A stretch of 64,000 nt of DNA from Candidatus Marinacidobacterales bacterium (GCA_965226495.1 OZ245365.1:3488001-3552000), one strand, 5' to 3'; shown: positions 40,530-50,751, counted from the stretch's first letter. A program made the numbers and translations. Notes: generated from the sequence alone by a model not told the origin.

Positions 40530-41639
40530 CTAACCATAACACACCCATGAAAAGTCCTGCAATCCGTTCTCATTCTCGTTGCGACTGAGGAGCCGGTACC
40601 CATCCTCGGTCACCAGTACATCGTCTTCCAACCGCACTCCCCCCTTTCCCGGGATGTAAATCCCGGGCTCGACGGTAAAGACCATTCCGGCCTTGAGCCG
40701 CTCCGCTCGACCCGGCGAGATCCAGGGGGCCTCGTGAACCTCCAGGCCGATTCCGTGCCCCGTGCCGTGCCCAAAGAACTCCCCGAAGCCGGCCGCTTCG
40801 ATGACTTCTCGAGCCGCAGCGTCCACTTCCTGAGCCTCCACGCCCGGACCGATCCTCTGAATCCCAGCCTGTTGAGCCGCGGCGACCACCTCGTAGATCC
40901 GCGCCATCTCTCCGGGCGGATCCCCAATCGAAAAAGTGCGGGTGATGTCGCTCGCGTACCCCTCCATGACTCCACCGAAGTCCGCGACCACGATATCGCC
41001 GGTTCGAAAACGACGGTCCGTGGGGCGAGCGTGCGGAAGCGCCGAGCGCGAACCGGAAGCAACAATAGTGTCGAAAGAGGTCTTTTCATAACCGTCCCGT
41101 CGCAATCGGTAGTCGAGCTCGGTCGCCAACGTTCGCTCAGATGTGTCCATCCGGATTGAGCTCCGTATCGAATCGAGCGCAGGCATCAAACCGACCGCTG
41201 CTCGTTCGAGCACCGCGAGCTCGGTCGCGTCCTTCACGATACGCAGCTCTTCAACCAACCCCTGCGTTCCTATGAGTCGCGCTGTAGGCAGTTCCGACTC
41301 CAACAAATTCAGCTGGGAGACCCGAAGATGGGACTCCTCGTACGCTAGGCTCTTGAATGCTCGGGCGCGTGTGAATCGCGCCAGCGTTTCCTCGTAGGAA
41401 TCGGTGACCACGTGGATGTCGAGGTGCCCGGTCTCTTCCTGAGATTGGTTCTTGTATCGCGAGTCGGTGATGAGCGTAGTGGCCCCGTCTTTTTCCACCA
41501 CGAGCACCGCGGCGCTTCCTGAGAACCCGGAGAGATACCGGACGTTGGGCAGATGAGTAACGATGAAAGCGCTGACCGTCAGCTCGTCGAGAGAACGTGC
41601 GAGGCGCGCACGGCGATCCACAAACTGGACGGATGACAT
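40530..41639 (-). CDS. Xaa-Pro aminopeptidase (M24B)
   Basis: NVRYLSGFSGS, SALPH, DFGG...SDITRT, HGTGHGIGLEVHE, EPGIY, GVRLEDD; start reassigned to ATG 41639. Confidence 0.92.
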   Translation of the reverse strand: MSSVQFVDRRARLARSLDELTVSAFIVTHLPNVRYLSGFSGSAAVLVVEKDGATTLITDSRYKNQSQEETGHLDIHVVTDSYEETLARFTRARAFKSLAYEESHLRVSQLNLLESELPTARLIGTQGLVEELRIVKDATELAVLERAAVGLMPALDSIRSSIRMDTSERTLATELDYRLRRDGYEKTSFDTIVASGSRSALPHARPTDRRFRTGDIVVADFGGVMEGYASDITRTFSIGDPPGEMARIYEVVAAAQQAGIQRIGPGVEAQEVDAAAREVIEAAGFGEFFGHGTGHGIGLEVHEAPWISPGRAERLKAGMVFTVEPGIYIPGKGGVRLEDDVLVTEDGYRLLSRNENENGLQDFSWVCYG

Positions 41640-41665
41640 GGAAGGAGCGAGGCGTCGAGCCCGAG

Positions 41666-42025
41666 CTACGCGAACTCTTTTTCCAACCGAAGGGTGGCGC
41701 GCCGCATCACAAAACGGGCCCGCCCCTGGTTCGCGCCCCGTCTCATCACGCCGAGAAGGATGTAGTCCTCGGTGATGGCGACGGCGAGGATCACGAGAAG
41801 CTCGGTGGTGATCGTGATCTCCCGTAGGCTCCCGGCGCCGACTTCCTCCGAAGCTTGCCGCGTGTTCTTCAGGAGAGCGGTACACTCGGCGGCCAACGTC
41901 TCGAAGTTGGCCGTATCATCCAAACGAAGCTGCTCGATGGGTATGCCATCCATTCCCATGACCACGAGACCTACCCAGCCATCGACTTTTTTCACCACGT
42001 CCTGCAAGACTTCCGAGAAAACCAT
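41666..42025 (-). CDS. Roadblock/LC7 (MglB-like) protein
   Basis: VVMGMDGIPIE, GRARF; start at ATG 42025 with SD AAGGAG. Confidence 0.8.
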   Translation of the reverse strand: MVFSEVLQDVVKKVDGWVGLVVMGMDGIPIEQLRLDDTANFETLAAECTALLKNTRQASEEVGAGSLREITITTELLVILAVAITEDYILLGVMRRGANQGRARFVMRRATLRLEKEFA

Positions 42026-42035
42026 CCCTACTCCT

Positions 42036-43484
42036 TCAGGATCTGCCGATGGCGACGAGCCATCCTTCAAGCGCGCGGACCGCCTCTTCGAGAGCAGGCA
42101 CGTTGGAATCCGCTCGCCCCCTGGCCGCCCCGCCCCCACCTCGCTCTGGAGGCGTAGGTTCCTCAGACGCTTTGACTAACATCTCCAGCTCTTCCAGACG
42201 GCCGCGCAGGTCCACATTGTCCGGCTGGGTGGCAACGAGTTGCCGATACACCCCGAGGGCTCGGTCGAGATGCCCCTGGGATGCGTAAAGCTCCGCCAAG
42301 GTCTCCGTGGCGAGACCCGGTTTGTCTTCTTCAATAGGTTCAATGGGCTCAACGGGTTCAGCTGGCGTGGGCCCTTCAGTGGCCCCGAAACCAACCCGCC
42401 CGACAGACCGGACAGGCTGGACGGGCTGGACGGGCTGGACAGGAGCTACCGGCTCATTCACCTGCTCTAGGAGCGACGGATCGAGTGGTATCGGCTCGAC
42501 ACTCTCAAGGGGCTCAATAGACTCGAGGGGCATCGGCTCCGATTGCATGGGTTCGTCGTCGGACGGTATTCCGAACTCCGGTTTAGATGAAGCCGGGGGT
42601 GACTCCCCCGTAGCAGGCGCGCTTTGCGGGACCATTGTGGGTGGCGTCGCGCTCTCGCTACCCTGCGGTGCCCCCGGTGGTGCCGATGGCGGCTCTGTCA
42701 GCTCTGTCAGGGGGGTCGGTTCCACTGAGACAGGGGTAACAGGGGAAACAGGGGCAGCAACGTCATCGGGAGCCCCCGGAGCGGCCCCCGGTGGCTCATC
42801 ACTCTTCTTCACAGGTTGGGGAATGGAGCCTAGGTCCATGATCTCCCGAGCCTGTCGCTTGAAGATCGAAGTGACCGGCTGATCTTCGATCTCCTCTTGC
42901 ATCGAGCGGACATCCTCCGACAAGAAGTCAGACCCGCCGATCTCGCTAGCCTGCCTCTCGATGAGGGAAGATGAAGCCGGCCTCGCAGGGGGTATCGTCG
43001 GGGACATGCTTTGCTCGCCTATCGAGGGCGTGCCGGCATCACCTTCAGGCGGCCGGGAAGCCGACTGGGCGGGCGCCGCTGGAGCGGCGATGGCCGCCTC
43101 GACCTGGCCGATACGATCGACCAGATCGGTGTCTTCCGGCGACAAGGTACTCGCGAGTTGGTACTTCGAGAGCGCCTCTTGAAGGTGCCCAAGCCCTTGG
43201 TACGTTGCTCCGAGGAACTTCAACGCGAGGAGATTGTCCGGCACCTGCTGCAGTACCTTCTCGAACTCCTCGCGGGCTTCCTCGAGCGCGTTCGACTCGA
43301 GAAGCGCCCGGCCTAATGCGACCCGGGCGGAGAAGTAATTGGGGTGTTTCTCGAGGCCGTCGCGACAGGTTGCGATGGCATCCTCTTGAAGGCCGGCTTT
43401 GCGATACTCCTCGGCGAGCTGGACGAAGATCTTGGAGTTGGGGTCGGCGACTAGCCGCTTTTCCAGATCTTCAATCCGACTCAT
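42036..43484 (-). CDS. TPR protein with long Pro/acidic linker
   Basis: N-terminal TPRs (FVQLAEEYRK, ARVALGRAL), PVQ/EPI repeats, C-terminal TETLAELYASQGH TPR. Confidence 0.82.
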   Translation of the reverse strand: MSRIEDLEKRLVADPNSKIFVQLAEEYRKAGLQEDAIATCRDGLEKHPNYFSARVALGRALLESNALEEAREEFEKVLQQVPDNLLALKFLGATYQGLGHLQEALSKYQLASTLSPEDTDLVDRIGQVEAAIAAPAAPAQSASRPPEGDAGTPSIGEQSMSPTIPPARPASSSLIERQASEIGGSDFLSEDVRSMQEEIEDQPVTSIFKRQAREIMDLGSIPQPVKKSDEPPGAAPGAPDDVAAPVSPVTPVSVEPTPLTELTEPPSAPPGAPQGSESATPPTMVPQSAPATGESPPASSKPEFGIPSDDEPMQSEPMPLESIEPLESVEPIPLDPSLLEQVNEPVAPVQPVQPVQPVRSVGRVGFGATEGPTPAEPVEPIEPIEEDKPGLATETLAELYASQGHLDRALGVYRQLVATQPDNVDLRGRLEELEMLVKASEEPTPPERGGGGAARGRADSNVPALEEAVRALEGWLVAIGRS

Positions 43485-43515
43485 CTTGGGTTCGCTTTAT
43501 ACCAGTGTAACGCAT

Positions 43516-43549
43516 AAAGGCGGAGCGGAACCATGTCCGCTCCGCCTTT
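43516..43549 (-). terminator. Probable terminator after the pilMNOPQ-lipoprotein operon
   Basis: 14-bp stem aaaggcggagcgga/tccgctccgccttt with 6-nt loop. Confidence 0.65.
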
Positions 43550-43606
43550 CGGATAGTGGTCGGCGGACTGACAGTCCGCTCTAGCTCAAAATACGCACCC
43601 CGAACA

Positions 43607-44466
43607 TCAGGAGTCCGGTCCCGCAACCGTGATGCTCACAGTACAGGTCGCTTGAGTACCGGTTTGCGATTCGGTCGTGGTGAGCCGGACGACGTAGGTT
43701 CTCGTCCTCCCGGCCAGGATGCCAGACTCAAACGCATACGCCACGTTCCGCTCCGCTCCGCTGGACCAGTCTCCGTGTTCGCATCGCCGTCGGCATCCGT
43801 ACTGTCGAACGTCCACTCGTATCGCGCGATCGGGAAGCCTCCGGCACCGGAGATCTGGGTCGCGGTGAAGAAGATCAATTGGCCGACGTCGTAGAAGGTT
43901 TGCACCGGCTCGACCAGAATGCTGCAGGCCACTCCGCCCGGGAAGTTGGGTCGATTCGCGGCACGCAGGAAGATGTCCACCTGGCGGAAGACCGCGTCCC
44001 GAAAGTCGTTCCCCTCTGGCCGCCCGGTTACAGTTACGACGATGTCGTTCTCTTGATCGGTCCGAAAGGGTGACCAGTAGCGGACGCGAGCCACCCCGTT
44101 TCCGTTGGTGGTGCCAGTAACGGTCTCCGGTCGGTTAGGGCCACCGGGGATCGGACGCGACTCGTTCAGTTTAGAGAGGACCCCGATGTCGGAGAAGTTA
44201 CTGGCGCCCCTCGCCAACAGGTCGAAGACGACGGGCGCATTGGCGGCGGGATTACCGTCCGGGCCACGCAATGTGGCTTCGATGACCGAGCTCGAGCTCC
44301 CGTTCGCGGTAAGCTGATCGGGATTGGCGCTCAGGCCAAGAGACGCCGCCAGCTCCGAGGGACCGGCCAAGGCCGGCCGGTTGGTTTTGTCGAGGTTACA
44401 GCCCGCTTGGCCTAGGGCCGCCGGAATCAGCGCTAATGCTAGCACCCACTTGAGTCTATTCCACAT
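43607..44466 (-). CDS. Ig-like/PKD-domain lipoprotein, frameshifted at a (GCGGA)3 tract
   Basis: MWNRLKW...QAGC lipoprotein signal, invasin-like ANPDQLTANG...TNGNGVA, PKD-like IARYEWTF; the C-terminus RNVAYAF...TYVVRLTTT...TVSITV is in another frame ending at 43607. Confidence 0.7.
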
Positions 44467-44479
44467 GAACGCCTCCGTG

Positions 44480-45145
44480 CTAGTTGGCTGCAGCTGCAGC
44501 TGAAGCAAAATCAGCGAAATGGATGTTGAGGAACGACTTGGCCGAAATCTCTCGGCCCGCGCCGTCGGTGCCGAAGAACTCGACCTCGGCAATGACGGAA
44601 AGGACGAGAGCCCCCCCGCCGAACGCGAGTTTGGCTAGCGGGGCTTCGAGCTTCGCCTGATCTCGTACAATGACGAAGCTTCTGGTCGCCGTGCCGGCAT
44701 CGACCGCCACTGTGAAGTTCGCGGCGCCATCGAAAGGAAAAGGCACGTCGACGCCTGGCGTGTTCCGTCCGTCGGAGCGAACGAACCTCACCCTATAGGC
44801 TCCGAACGAGCCGGATCACGAGCGGAACGTCACATCGTTGAAGAAGGAAGTCGCGGACTGAATCGGGTTCTTCAGAGTGACCGAGATTTCGACGACCCCG
44901 AAATCGGCTGCGACGGTGCAGGTCCCGTCGGTGAAGCTATCGTTAGAGCAGATATCGGACTGTAGGTCGTCGGTTGGCGAACCGGTCGGGGACCCGGCCG
45001 CGCCCTGCATGTTCTCGATGACGACGACCGTGTTGGTTGTATCTTGCTCCAACACGTTCGGAGTGCTGCAGCTAGCAAGTTGCAGGCCAAGCACCGCCGA
45101 GATGAGTAGGAACGCTTTAGATTTGAGAAACGAAGTCATTCCCAT
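44480..45145 (-). CDS. Lipoprotein downstream of pilQ with an in-frame TGA at 44816-44818
   Basis: Lipobox LASC; ORFs 44816-45145 and 44480-44791 share one frame: NDVTFRS*SGSFGAYRVRFVRSDGRNTPGVDVP. Confidence 0.7.
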
Positions 45146-45150
45146 ACCTC

Positions 45151-47778
45151 CTAAACCTCGCCCTTCCGGATCCTGGGGGTGAGAAAAATCAGGAGCTCCT
45201 GGTTCTCGTCCTGTTTCTGATCCGTTTTGAACAGATTTCCCAGGATGGGAATCTTATGTAGCAAGGGCACAAATTGTTGGGAACTCGCTTGGCTATTGAC
45301 GAAGACGCCACCAATGACGGTGGTGGACCCATCCGCGACCAGAACTTGAGTCGTCGCGGACTGAGTGATGATGCTCGGGATTCCGTTCACCGAACGACCG
45401 AAGTCCGCAGTGTCGTTATTGAGCTCGATGTCGAGAATGATGGTATCCGACGACGTGATTTGTGGCGTGACGAGTAGCTCGAGCACCGCGTCCTTAAAGG
45501 TCACGGTAACTGTGTTATTCGCCACGACCTGCACCGGGAAGGTCAGGCCTTGTTTTATCTCGGCGGGCTTGTTGTTCTGCGTAATGATCTTGGGCGATGA
45601 AATGATCCGTACCTGCCCATTCGCCTCGGCAGCTGCCAGCGCGACATCAATGCTGAAGGCGCCGGAGATGCTTCCCAATGCGAGTCCGATGGCTCCGCTG
45701 GGCGCCGTCGGGATGGGCAGGTTCACCGCATAGCCACGCTGTTCGCCGCCGCCGACCAACGGAGGTGTCACGCCAGGGTTTCGTGGAGCGGGAGCAACGA
45801 ACCCTTGCTCCAACTCGGAGCCGATGGACTGCCCATCGAGCAGGACGGAGTTGGGGAACGTGAGCTCCTGGCTGTTCCCGAACGCCGCGTTGGAGTTCCC
45901 GGTGAAACCCCACTGGATTCCCAAGTTGCGGGTAAAGATCCGCGTGGTCACGACGACGCGGGCCGCAATCTCGACACCGGGGATAGGCGCATCCAGGGTG
46001 TCGATGAGGCTATCGATGGTATCGAGCCGATCGGAAAGGTCGGTGATGATGAGCGTGTTGGTCCGGTTGTCGATGGCAATGTCGCCGCGAGCGGAAAGGT
46101 TCCGCTGCACGAGTGACTGCACGTCGGCCGCCTTTGCGTACGAGAGCTCGCGGAGCATGGTGCTCAGATTTCCGGCCAAGGCCTGTTCCTCGGCCAGCCG
46201 GCGTCGGTCCGCCTCCACCTGCGCTAGCTCGGTAAGAGGAGCGATACGGATGACATTGCCCTCCACGACGTAGCCCAGACGGTGCGACTTGAGGATGAGA
46301 TCCAGGGCCTGGTCCCACGGGACCTCGGTGAGCACCAATGTGATCCTCCCGGCAACGCCAGGCTGAACGACGATGTTGAGCCCGCTAATATCTGCGAACA
46401 GACGAAAGATGTCCTGAATGTCACCGTCTTTGAAATCGAGACTGATGAGCTCTCCGGTGAATGCGGTTTGATCTCCACCGATCGTGGCCCTCTGCATTAC
46501 ACGCTGACCGGGAACATCCGCGGCTCCCGCCGAGGGTGGTTCTTGAAACGGCGGTTCCGGGAGTCCCGGCATAGGGGCAGCGAGTCCGCTATCGGGTGCC
46601 GCCTGGGCGGGGTTTAGGCTCTGCGCCACCACCGCCACCGGCTTCATAGAGGCAACCGGCGAGTTGGATTCGTCGAAACCGTAATCCGGATACTCGCGCG
46701 GTGTTTCCGAGCCGCCGTTCCCGACCATCGTAATCTGAACGGTGCCCTCCGACGCGGGCGGAGGACCGAGAGCGGCAAGCCGGTCGGCAGAAGTCGAGAA
46801 GTATATCTTCAGGTCATTCCCTTCGGAGACGGCTCGATGGAGAATGTCGGAATCAAGATCGAACACGATGCGAGTGATCTTCGGGTTGGCGCTCTGAAAC
46901 TGCGCCACCCGCACGCGATAAACTCCTACCGCATCGATGGGTATTCTCCCGGTCTCCACACGGTTGAGCGTTCCAGCGAAATCGAACACTAGGCGGCTCG
47001 GCTCATCCAAACGGAAGCTCGTGTAATTCAACCGACCGTCAGCTTCAACCGAGATGGTCAAAAGCCCCTCTGAAATCGAGTGAGATACCGCATCGATGAA
47101 GGAAGCGGTTCGGGTTGATTGGGGAGGTTCCACGTAACTGGGAGCGCTCGAGACCGACGGAACTTCCAGCGAGGCGTCTTGTGGCTTCGGCTCGTGTTGT
47201 TGAGGAAGCTCGCTACTCGTTACCTCGGGCCGCTCCATCGCGACATCCGACACGGGTTCATTGCTGGAAGACGACTCGGTCAGGTCTGCTAGTGGCGCCG
47301 GGTCCTTGGCACCATCGCTGGCGGTATTAACAGGTACCGATTCAGGTGGCGATTCCGCACCCTCGAAAAGAATCGTTAGCGCGTGCTCGCCCGCCGAGAT
47401 CTGGTAGGGAACGAGTGAGCCTAGCTTTATCTCGATCCGGGAAAGGCTCTTCCCGCTCGAACCGTCGAGGCGAGTGGCACTAATGGACTCGACTTCCTGA
47501 CTCCCAACGACGGTGTGCTCTGCTATTGCCGTGATATCGGTGCCAGGTAAGTCGATGACCAGCGTCAGCGGGTCAGGGCTGTAATGGGTGTAGAACAGCG
47601 TGCCGCCCGTCTCGAACCACACTCGAGTACGCGCCGGCTCGACGTGATAGCGGACAGCGCGAATCACCGTCTCACTCACCCCGACTGGGGTGCTCTGGGC
47701 CGCCAAAACTGACAGACCCGACAAAACAATCACGGGAGCAAGGAGCGCTGCCCGAACAATTGACCAACGTTTCATCAT
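45151..47778 (-). CDS. pilQ: Type IV pilus secretin with AMIN domains
   Basis: Two AMIN-like domains (PSRLVFDF, RIVFDL), ISLDFKD, VPWDQALD, ELLIFLTPRI; ATG overlaps the pilP stop. Confidence 0.93.
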   Translation of the reverse strand: MMKRWSIVRAALLAPVIVLSGLSVLAAQSTPVGVSETVIRAVRYHVEPARTRVWFETGGTLFYTHYSPDPLTLVIDLPGTDITAIAEHTVVGSQEVESISATRLDGSSGKSLSRIEIKLGSLVPYQISAGEHALTILFEGAESPPESVPVNTASDGAKDPAPLADLTESSSSNEPVSDVAMERPEVTSSELPQQHEPKPQDASLEVPSVSSAPSYVEPPQSTRTASFIDAVSHSISEGLLTISVEADGRLNYTSFRLDEPSRLVFDFAGTLNRVETGRIPIDAVGVYRVRVAQFQSANPKITRIVFDLDSDILHRAVSEGNDLKIYFSTSADRLAALGPPPASEGTVQITMVGNGGSETPREYPDYGFDESNSPVASMKPVAVVAQSLNPAQAAPDSGLAAPMPGLPEPPFQEPPSAGAADVPGQRVMQRATIGGDQTAFTGELISLDFKDGDIQDIFRLFADISGLNIVVQPGVAGRITLVLTEVPWDQALDLILKSHRLGYVVEGNVIRIAPLTELAQVEADRRRLAEEQALAGNLSTMLRELSYAKAADVQSLVQRNLSARGDIAIDNRTNTLIITDLSDRLDTIDSLIDTLDAPIPGVEIAARVVVTTRIFTRNLGIQWGFTGNSNAAFGNSQELTFPNSVLLDGQSIGSELEQGFVAPAPRNPGVTPPLVGGGEQRGYAVNLPIPTAPSGAIGLALGSISGAFSIDVALAAAEANGQVRIISSPKIITQNNKPAEIKQGLTFPVQVVANNTVTVTFKDAVLELLVTPQITSSDTIILDIELNNDTADFGRSVNGIPSIITQSATTQVLVADGSTTVIGGVFVNSQASSQQFVPLLHKIPILGNLFKTDQKQDENQELLIFLTPRIRKGEV

Positions 47779-48308
47779 TGCCCCTCCTCCACCGGATGGA
47801 GCCATTTTTCCAGTCTTTGGAACTTCTCTATTCGCAAGGGGTCGTTGATTTCCTGGCGGAAAACAACTTTTTGGGAGTCAATCGATTCGATCATACCGTC
47901 GTACATTCGCACCCCTTCCCGGGCAAAGTAACTCTTGTTGTCCGTACCCTGGATCATGGCGATGTAGCCTTCCGATGTCTTGACAAAACCGCGCAAGCTC
48001 ACTTCCTGAATGAGCATGCCGCCCAGTCCGGGTAGTCTTTCCTCCGGAGGCAAGATGTTCAACCCGAGTGCCAAACTGATGAAGGGGTCCCTTCGGCCGC
48101 GAGCGTCGTAGTTGAAACCGGTTCCCTCTAGTTGTATTTCGTCAGGGACCACGGGAACCTCTGCCTGACCTTGAGACCCCTGCGTCGATTCTCCTCCACC
48201 ACCCTCTTCCTGAGCGCGGACCCCCGGGACACTCGTCACGAAGACCATCACCAAGATGCTCGTCGCGCGACCAACCCTAAAGGGCCTCAAGAACATTTCA
48301 GACCGCAT
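47775..48308 (-). CDS. pilP: Pilus assembly protein PilP-like
   Basis: YDARGRRDPF motif; position between pilO and pilQ. Confidence 0.75.
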   Translation of the reverse strand: MRSEMFLRPFRVGRATSILVMVFVTSVPGVRAQEEGGGGESTQGSQGQAEVPVVPDEIQLEGTGFNYDARGRRDPFISLALGLNILPPEERLPGLGGMLIQEVSLRGFVKTSEGYIAMIQGTDNKSYFAREGVRMYDGMIESIDSQKVVFRQEINDPLRIEKFQRLEKWLHPVEEGQ

Positions 48309-48332
48309 GGCTTCGCTCCCTTAGGTCCCGAC

Positions 48333-48938
48333 TCAGCGGCGTCTCCGCCCCTTCTTCTCCTTCGACGGCGCCGGCGCTTGCCTTTCGATGAAAACGAAGG
48401 TTGTGGCGGTGCATGTGGCTCGAATCGTCGACGAAGCAGTTGGTTTGTTCTGCGCAGTGATCTTCAGGTTGCTCACGTTCACTATTCGAGACAGCTTGCT
48501 CAATCTGTCGAAGAAGTAGGCAAGGTTGTGGTACGTCCCATTCAAGTCCAAACTGATCGGCCACTTCGCGTAGAAGTCGGCGGGCTGCGTGGCCTCCGGC
48601 TTAAAGCGAAGCACATTGAGGTTCGACTGAGCGGCGAGTGCCTGCACTTTGCGAAGGAGGTCATCCACCTCTTTGCTGTCGGGGAGAATCCGCGAAAGCG
48701 TTTGCAGCTGTGCTTCGCGCCTCTCCACCTCGCGCTTGAATTCAGGAAGCTTGGCGGCGGTGAGTTTGCCGCTCTCGACCTCATCGGAAAGCGCTTGGCG
48801 TTCTTGTTGTTTCGTCACGATGTCTTCTTCCATGCCGCTATAGATGAGGTAGTGGAATCCGAAGTAGAAAGCCAGTGCGAGAACTGCGAAGAGGGCCAGC
48901 TGAGCACCGAAGGACATTTTTCCCATATCGAGAGCCAT
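48333..48938 (-). CDS. pilO: Pilus assembly protein PilO
   Basis: TM, coiled coil, LP...EVDDLL, GTYHNL, LSRIVNV. Confidence 0.9.
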   Translation of the reverse strand: MALDMGKMSFGAQLALFAVLALAFYFGFHYLIYSGMEEDIVTKQQERQALSDEVESGKLTAAKLPEFKREVERREAQLQTLSRILPDSKEVDDLLRKVQALAAQSNLNVLRFKPEATQPADFYAKWPISLDLNGTYHNLAYFFDRLSKLSRIVNVSNLKITAQNKPTASSTIRATCTATTFVFIERQAPAPSKEKKGRRRR

Positions 48939-48954
48939 GGCTATCCTCCTCCCC

Positions 48955-49596
48955 TCACCTTGAACCGCCGGCAGCTGCCGGCTGGTCGCCCGCCGCTTGT
49001 GGGATCTTCGGGGGAACCACTTGGGCGCGTAGTTGGAAAGTCGTGAACTCCGACTTGTCCGCCTTGGCGTCGATGAGCTCTACGTTGCGAAAGTAATCGG
49101 TGTCCTCGAGCTTGCGGATGTAGTCGGCGATGCTCACGTAAGAAGCCGCCATCCCGTTTACCGCGACACCGCCGCCGGTCTGCGTGAGGTTAGTCAGCCA
49201 GATGAAGTCCGGAAGCTGGGCGGAGAGTTCGTCCAGCATTCGTACCGGACCCGCCCGTTCGCTCATGAGACGTTGAATGAGCTCCTCCTTCTCCTTGAGC
49301 TCCTTCAACTGCTTCTGATACTCGTTGACTTGGCTGATAATCGTCGCTAGTCGAGCTTTCTCTTGGTTGAGAGAGGCGATTTCCTGATCCAAGTCGGAGA
49401 GGGTTTGTTGGGCGCTCCACCATCGGAAGCCAATAAAGGCGAGGGTCCCTCCCAAGATCACGATGGCCAGGAGAAGACCACTCTTTTCGGAAGGTTCAGA
49501 AGGAATTCCCGGTTCCGGTCCCTGGCCACCACCGCCGCCAAAAACTCCCCCCCGTGCCGCCGGCTCTTTAGATCCTAAAAGGTTGACCTTGATCAT
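48955..49596 (-). CDS. pilN: Pilus assembly protein PilN
   Basis: MIKVNLL, TM, coiled coil, LPDFIWLT. Confidence 0.9.
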   Translation of the reverse strand: MIKVNLLGSKEPAARGGVFGGGGGQGPEPGIPSEPSEKSGLLLAIVILGGTLAFIGFRWWSAQQTLSDLDQEIASLNQEKARLATIISQVNEYQKQLKELKEKEELIQRLMSERAGPVRMLDELSAQLPDFIWLTNLTQTGGGVAVNGMAASYVSIADYIRKLEDTDYFRNVELIDAKADKSEFTTFQLRAQVVPPKIPQAAGDQPAAAGGSR

Positions 49597-50651
49597 TACT
49601 CACCCGGCTTTCTCAGAGCCAACCCGACCGCGATGGCACAGGCGGGCCCCACTTCTTGGAGATACTCCGCATCGAAGTCTTTCGGGCTGTAGCTGACGCT
49701 CTGAAACGGGTCGAACAGCTCGACGCGGGTGTCGAACCGCTCGGCCATTTTGTCGTGCAAGCCGACAACCCTTGCGCTCCCTCCGCTCAAAACAATGAGA
49801 TCAATGCGGTCCTCCGACGTTGTAGCCTTGAAGAAATCGAACGTCTTCTGGATCTCCATTAACACGGTCTCAGTGACCTGGTCGATGATGGGGATCACCG
49901 ATTCCATTCCCTGGCCACCCTGTCCTGTTTTGAGATTTTCAGCCTGCTCGAAATTGACGCTTAGGTCCTTCTGGATTGCATCGGTGTACTGATTACCCCC
50001 AACGGTGGTGATGTCGCGGGTAAAGATCGAACTATCGCCCTTGAGGGCATTAATGTTGGCCTGGCTGGCGCCGATATTCACCAGGGCCACGATCCGGCCG
50101 GGCCCGGCGCCGTAGTTGACATCGTAGGCGTTCTGGAGAGCGAAGGCATCGATATCCATCACGACCGGGTTTCGGCCCGCCTGGTTGATGACGCTCATAT
50201 AGTCGTTGATTTTGTCCTTCTTCGCGGCTACGAGCAGGATGTCCATGTTCCCGCCGGCGGCGCCTGGATCCAAGACTTGGTAGTCGAGGTTGACATCTTG
50301 GATATCGAAGGGGATGTACTGCTCGGCCTCCCAGTGTATGGACTCCGCTAGCTCCTGCTCGGTCATACTCGGGAGCTGTATCTTCTTAACAATCACTGAG
50401 TTACCGCTAATGGCCGTAGCCACTTCTTGCGTTTTGATCTTGTATTCGGCGAAAAGACGATGGATGGCGTCGATCACGGTCGTGGAGTCCATGATTTGGC
50501 CGTCCACAATGGCCTCCGGAGGGAGGTACTCGATGCCCACGTTGGCCAGCTCCCACGCGTCCCCCTTGGCAGGCTTGACCTCGACCGCTTTGATGGAGCT
50601 TGAGCCGATGTCCAACCCTACGAGGTTTTTCTTCTTGCCGAACAGAGCCAC
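49596..50651 (-). CDS. pilM: Pilus assembly protein PilM
   Basis: VGLDIGSSSIK, EAEQYIPF, LSGGSA, AVGLALR. Confidence 0.95.
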   Translation of the reverse strand: MALFGKKKNLVGLDIGSSSIKAVEVKPAKGDAWELANVGIEYLPPEAIVDGQIMDSTTVIDAIHRLFAEYKIKTQEVATAISGNSVIVKKIQLPSMTEQELAESIHWEAEQYIPFDIQDVNLDYQVLDPGAAGGNMDILLVAAKKDKINDYMSVINQAGRNPVVMDIDAFALQNAYDVNYGAGPGRIVALVNIGASQANINALKGDSSIFTRDITTVGGNQYTDAIQKDLSVNFEQAENLKTGQGGQGMESVIPIIDQVTETVLMEIQKTFDFFKATTSEDRIDLIVLSGGSARVVGLHDKMAERFDTRVELFDPFQSVSYSPKDFDAEYLQEVGPACAIAVGLALRKPGE

Positions 50652-50721
50652 AGGTCCGTCTCCCCGCTAACCCATCTCGATTTGATGAAGACTTACTGGA
50701 AGAAAGTTAAAGTACTGTATG

Positions 50722-50751
50722 AGGCTACAGCATATAGATTCTATCTGTCAA
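50722..50751 (-). promoter_or_regulatory. Possible sigma-70 promoter for pilM
   Basis: Minus strand TTGACA, 18 nt, TAGCCT. Confidence 0.4.
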
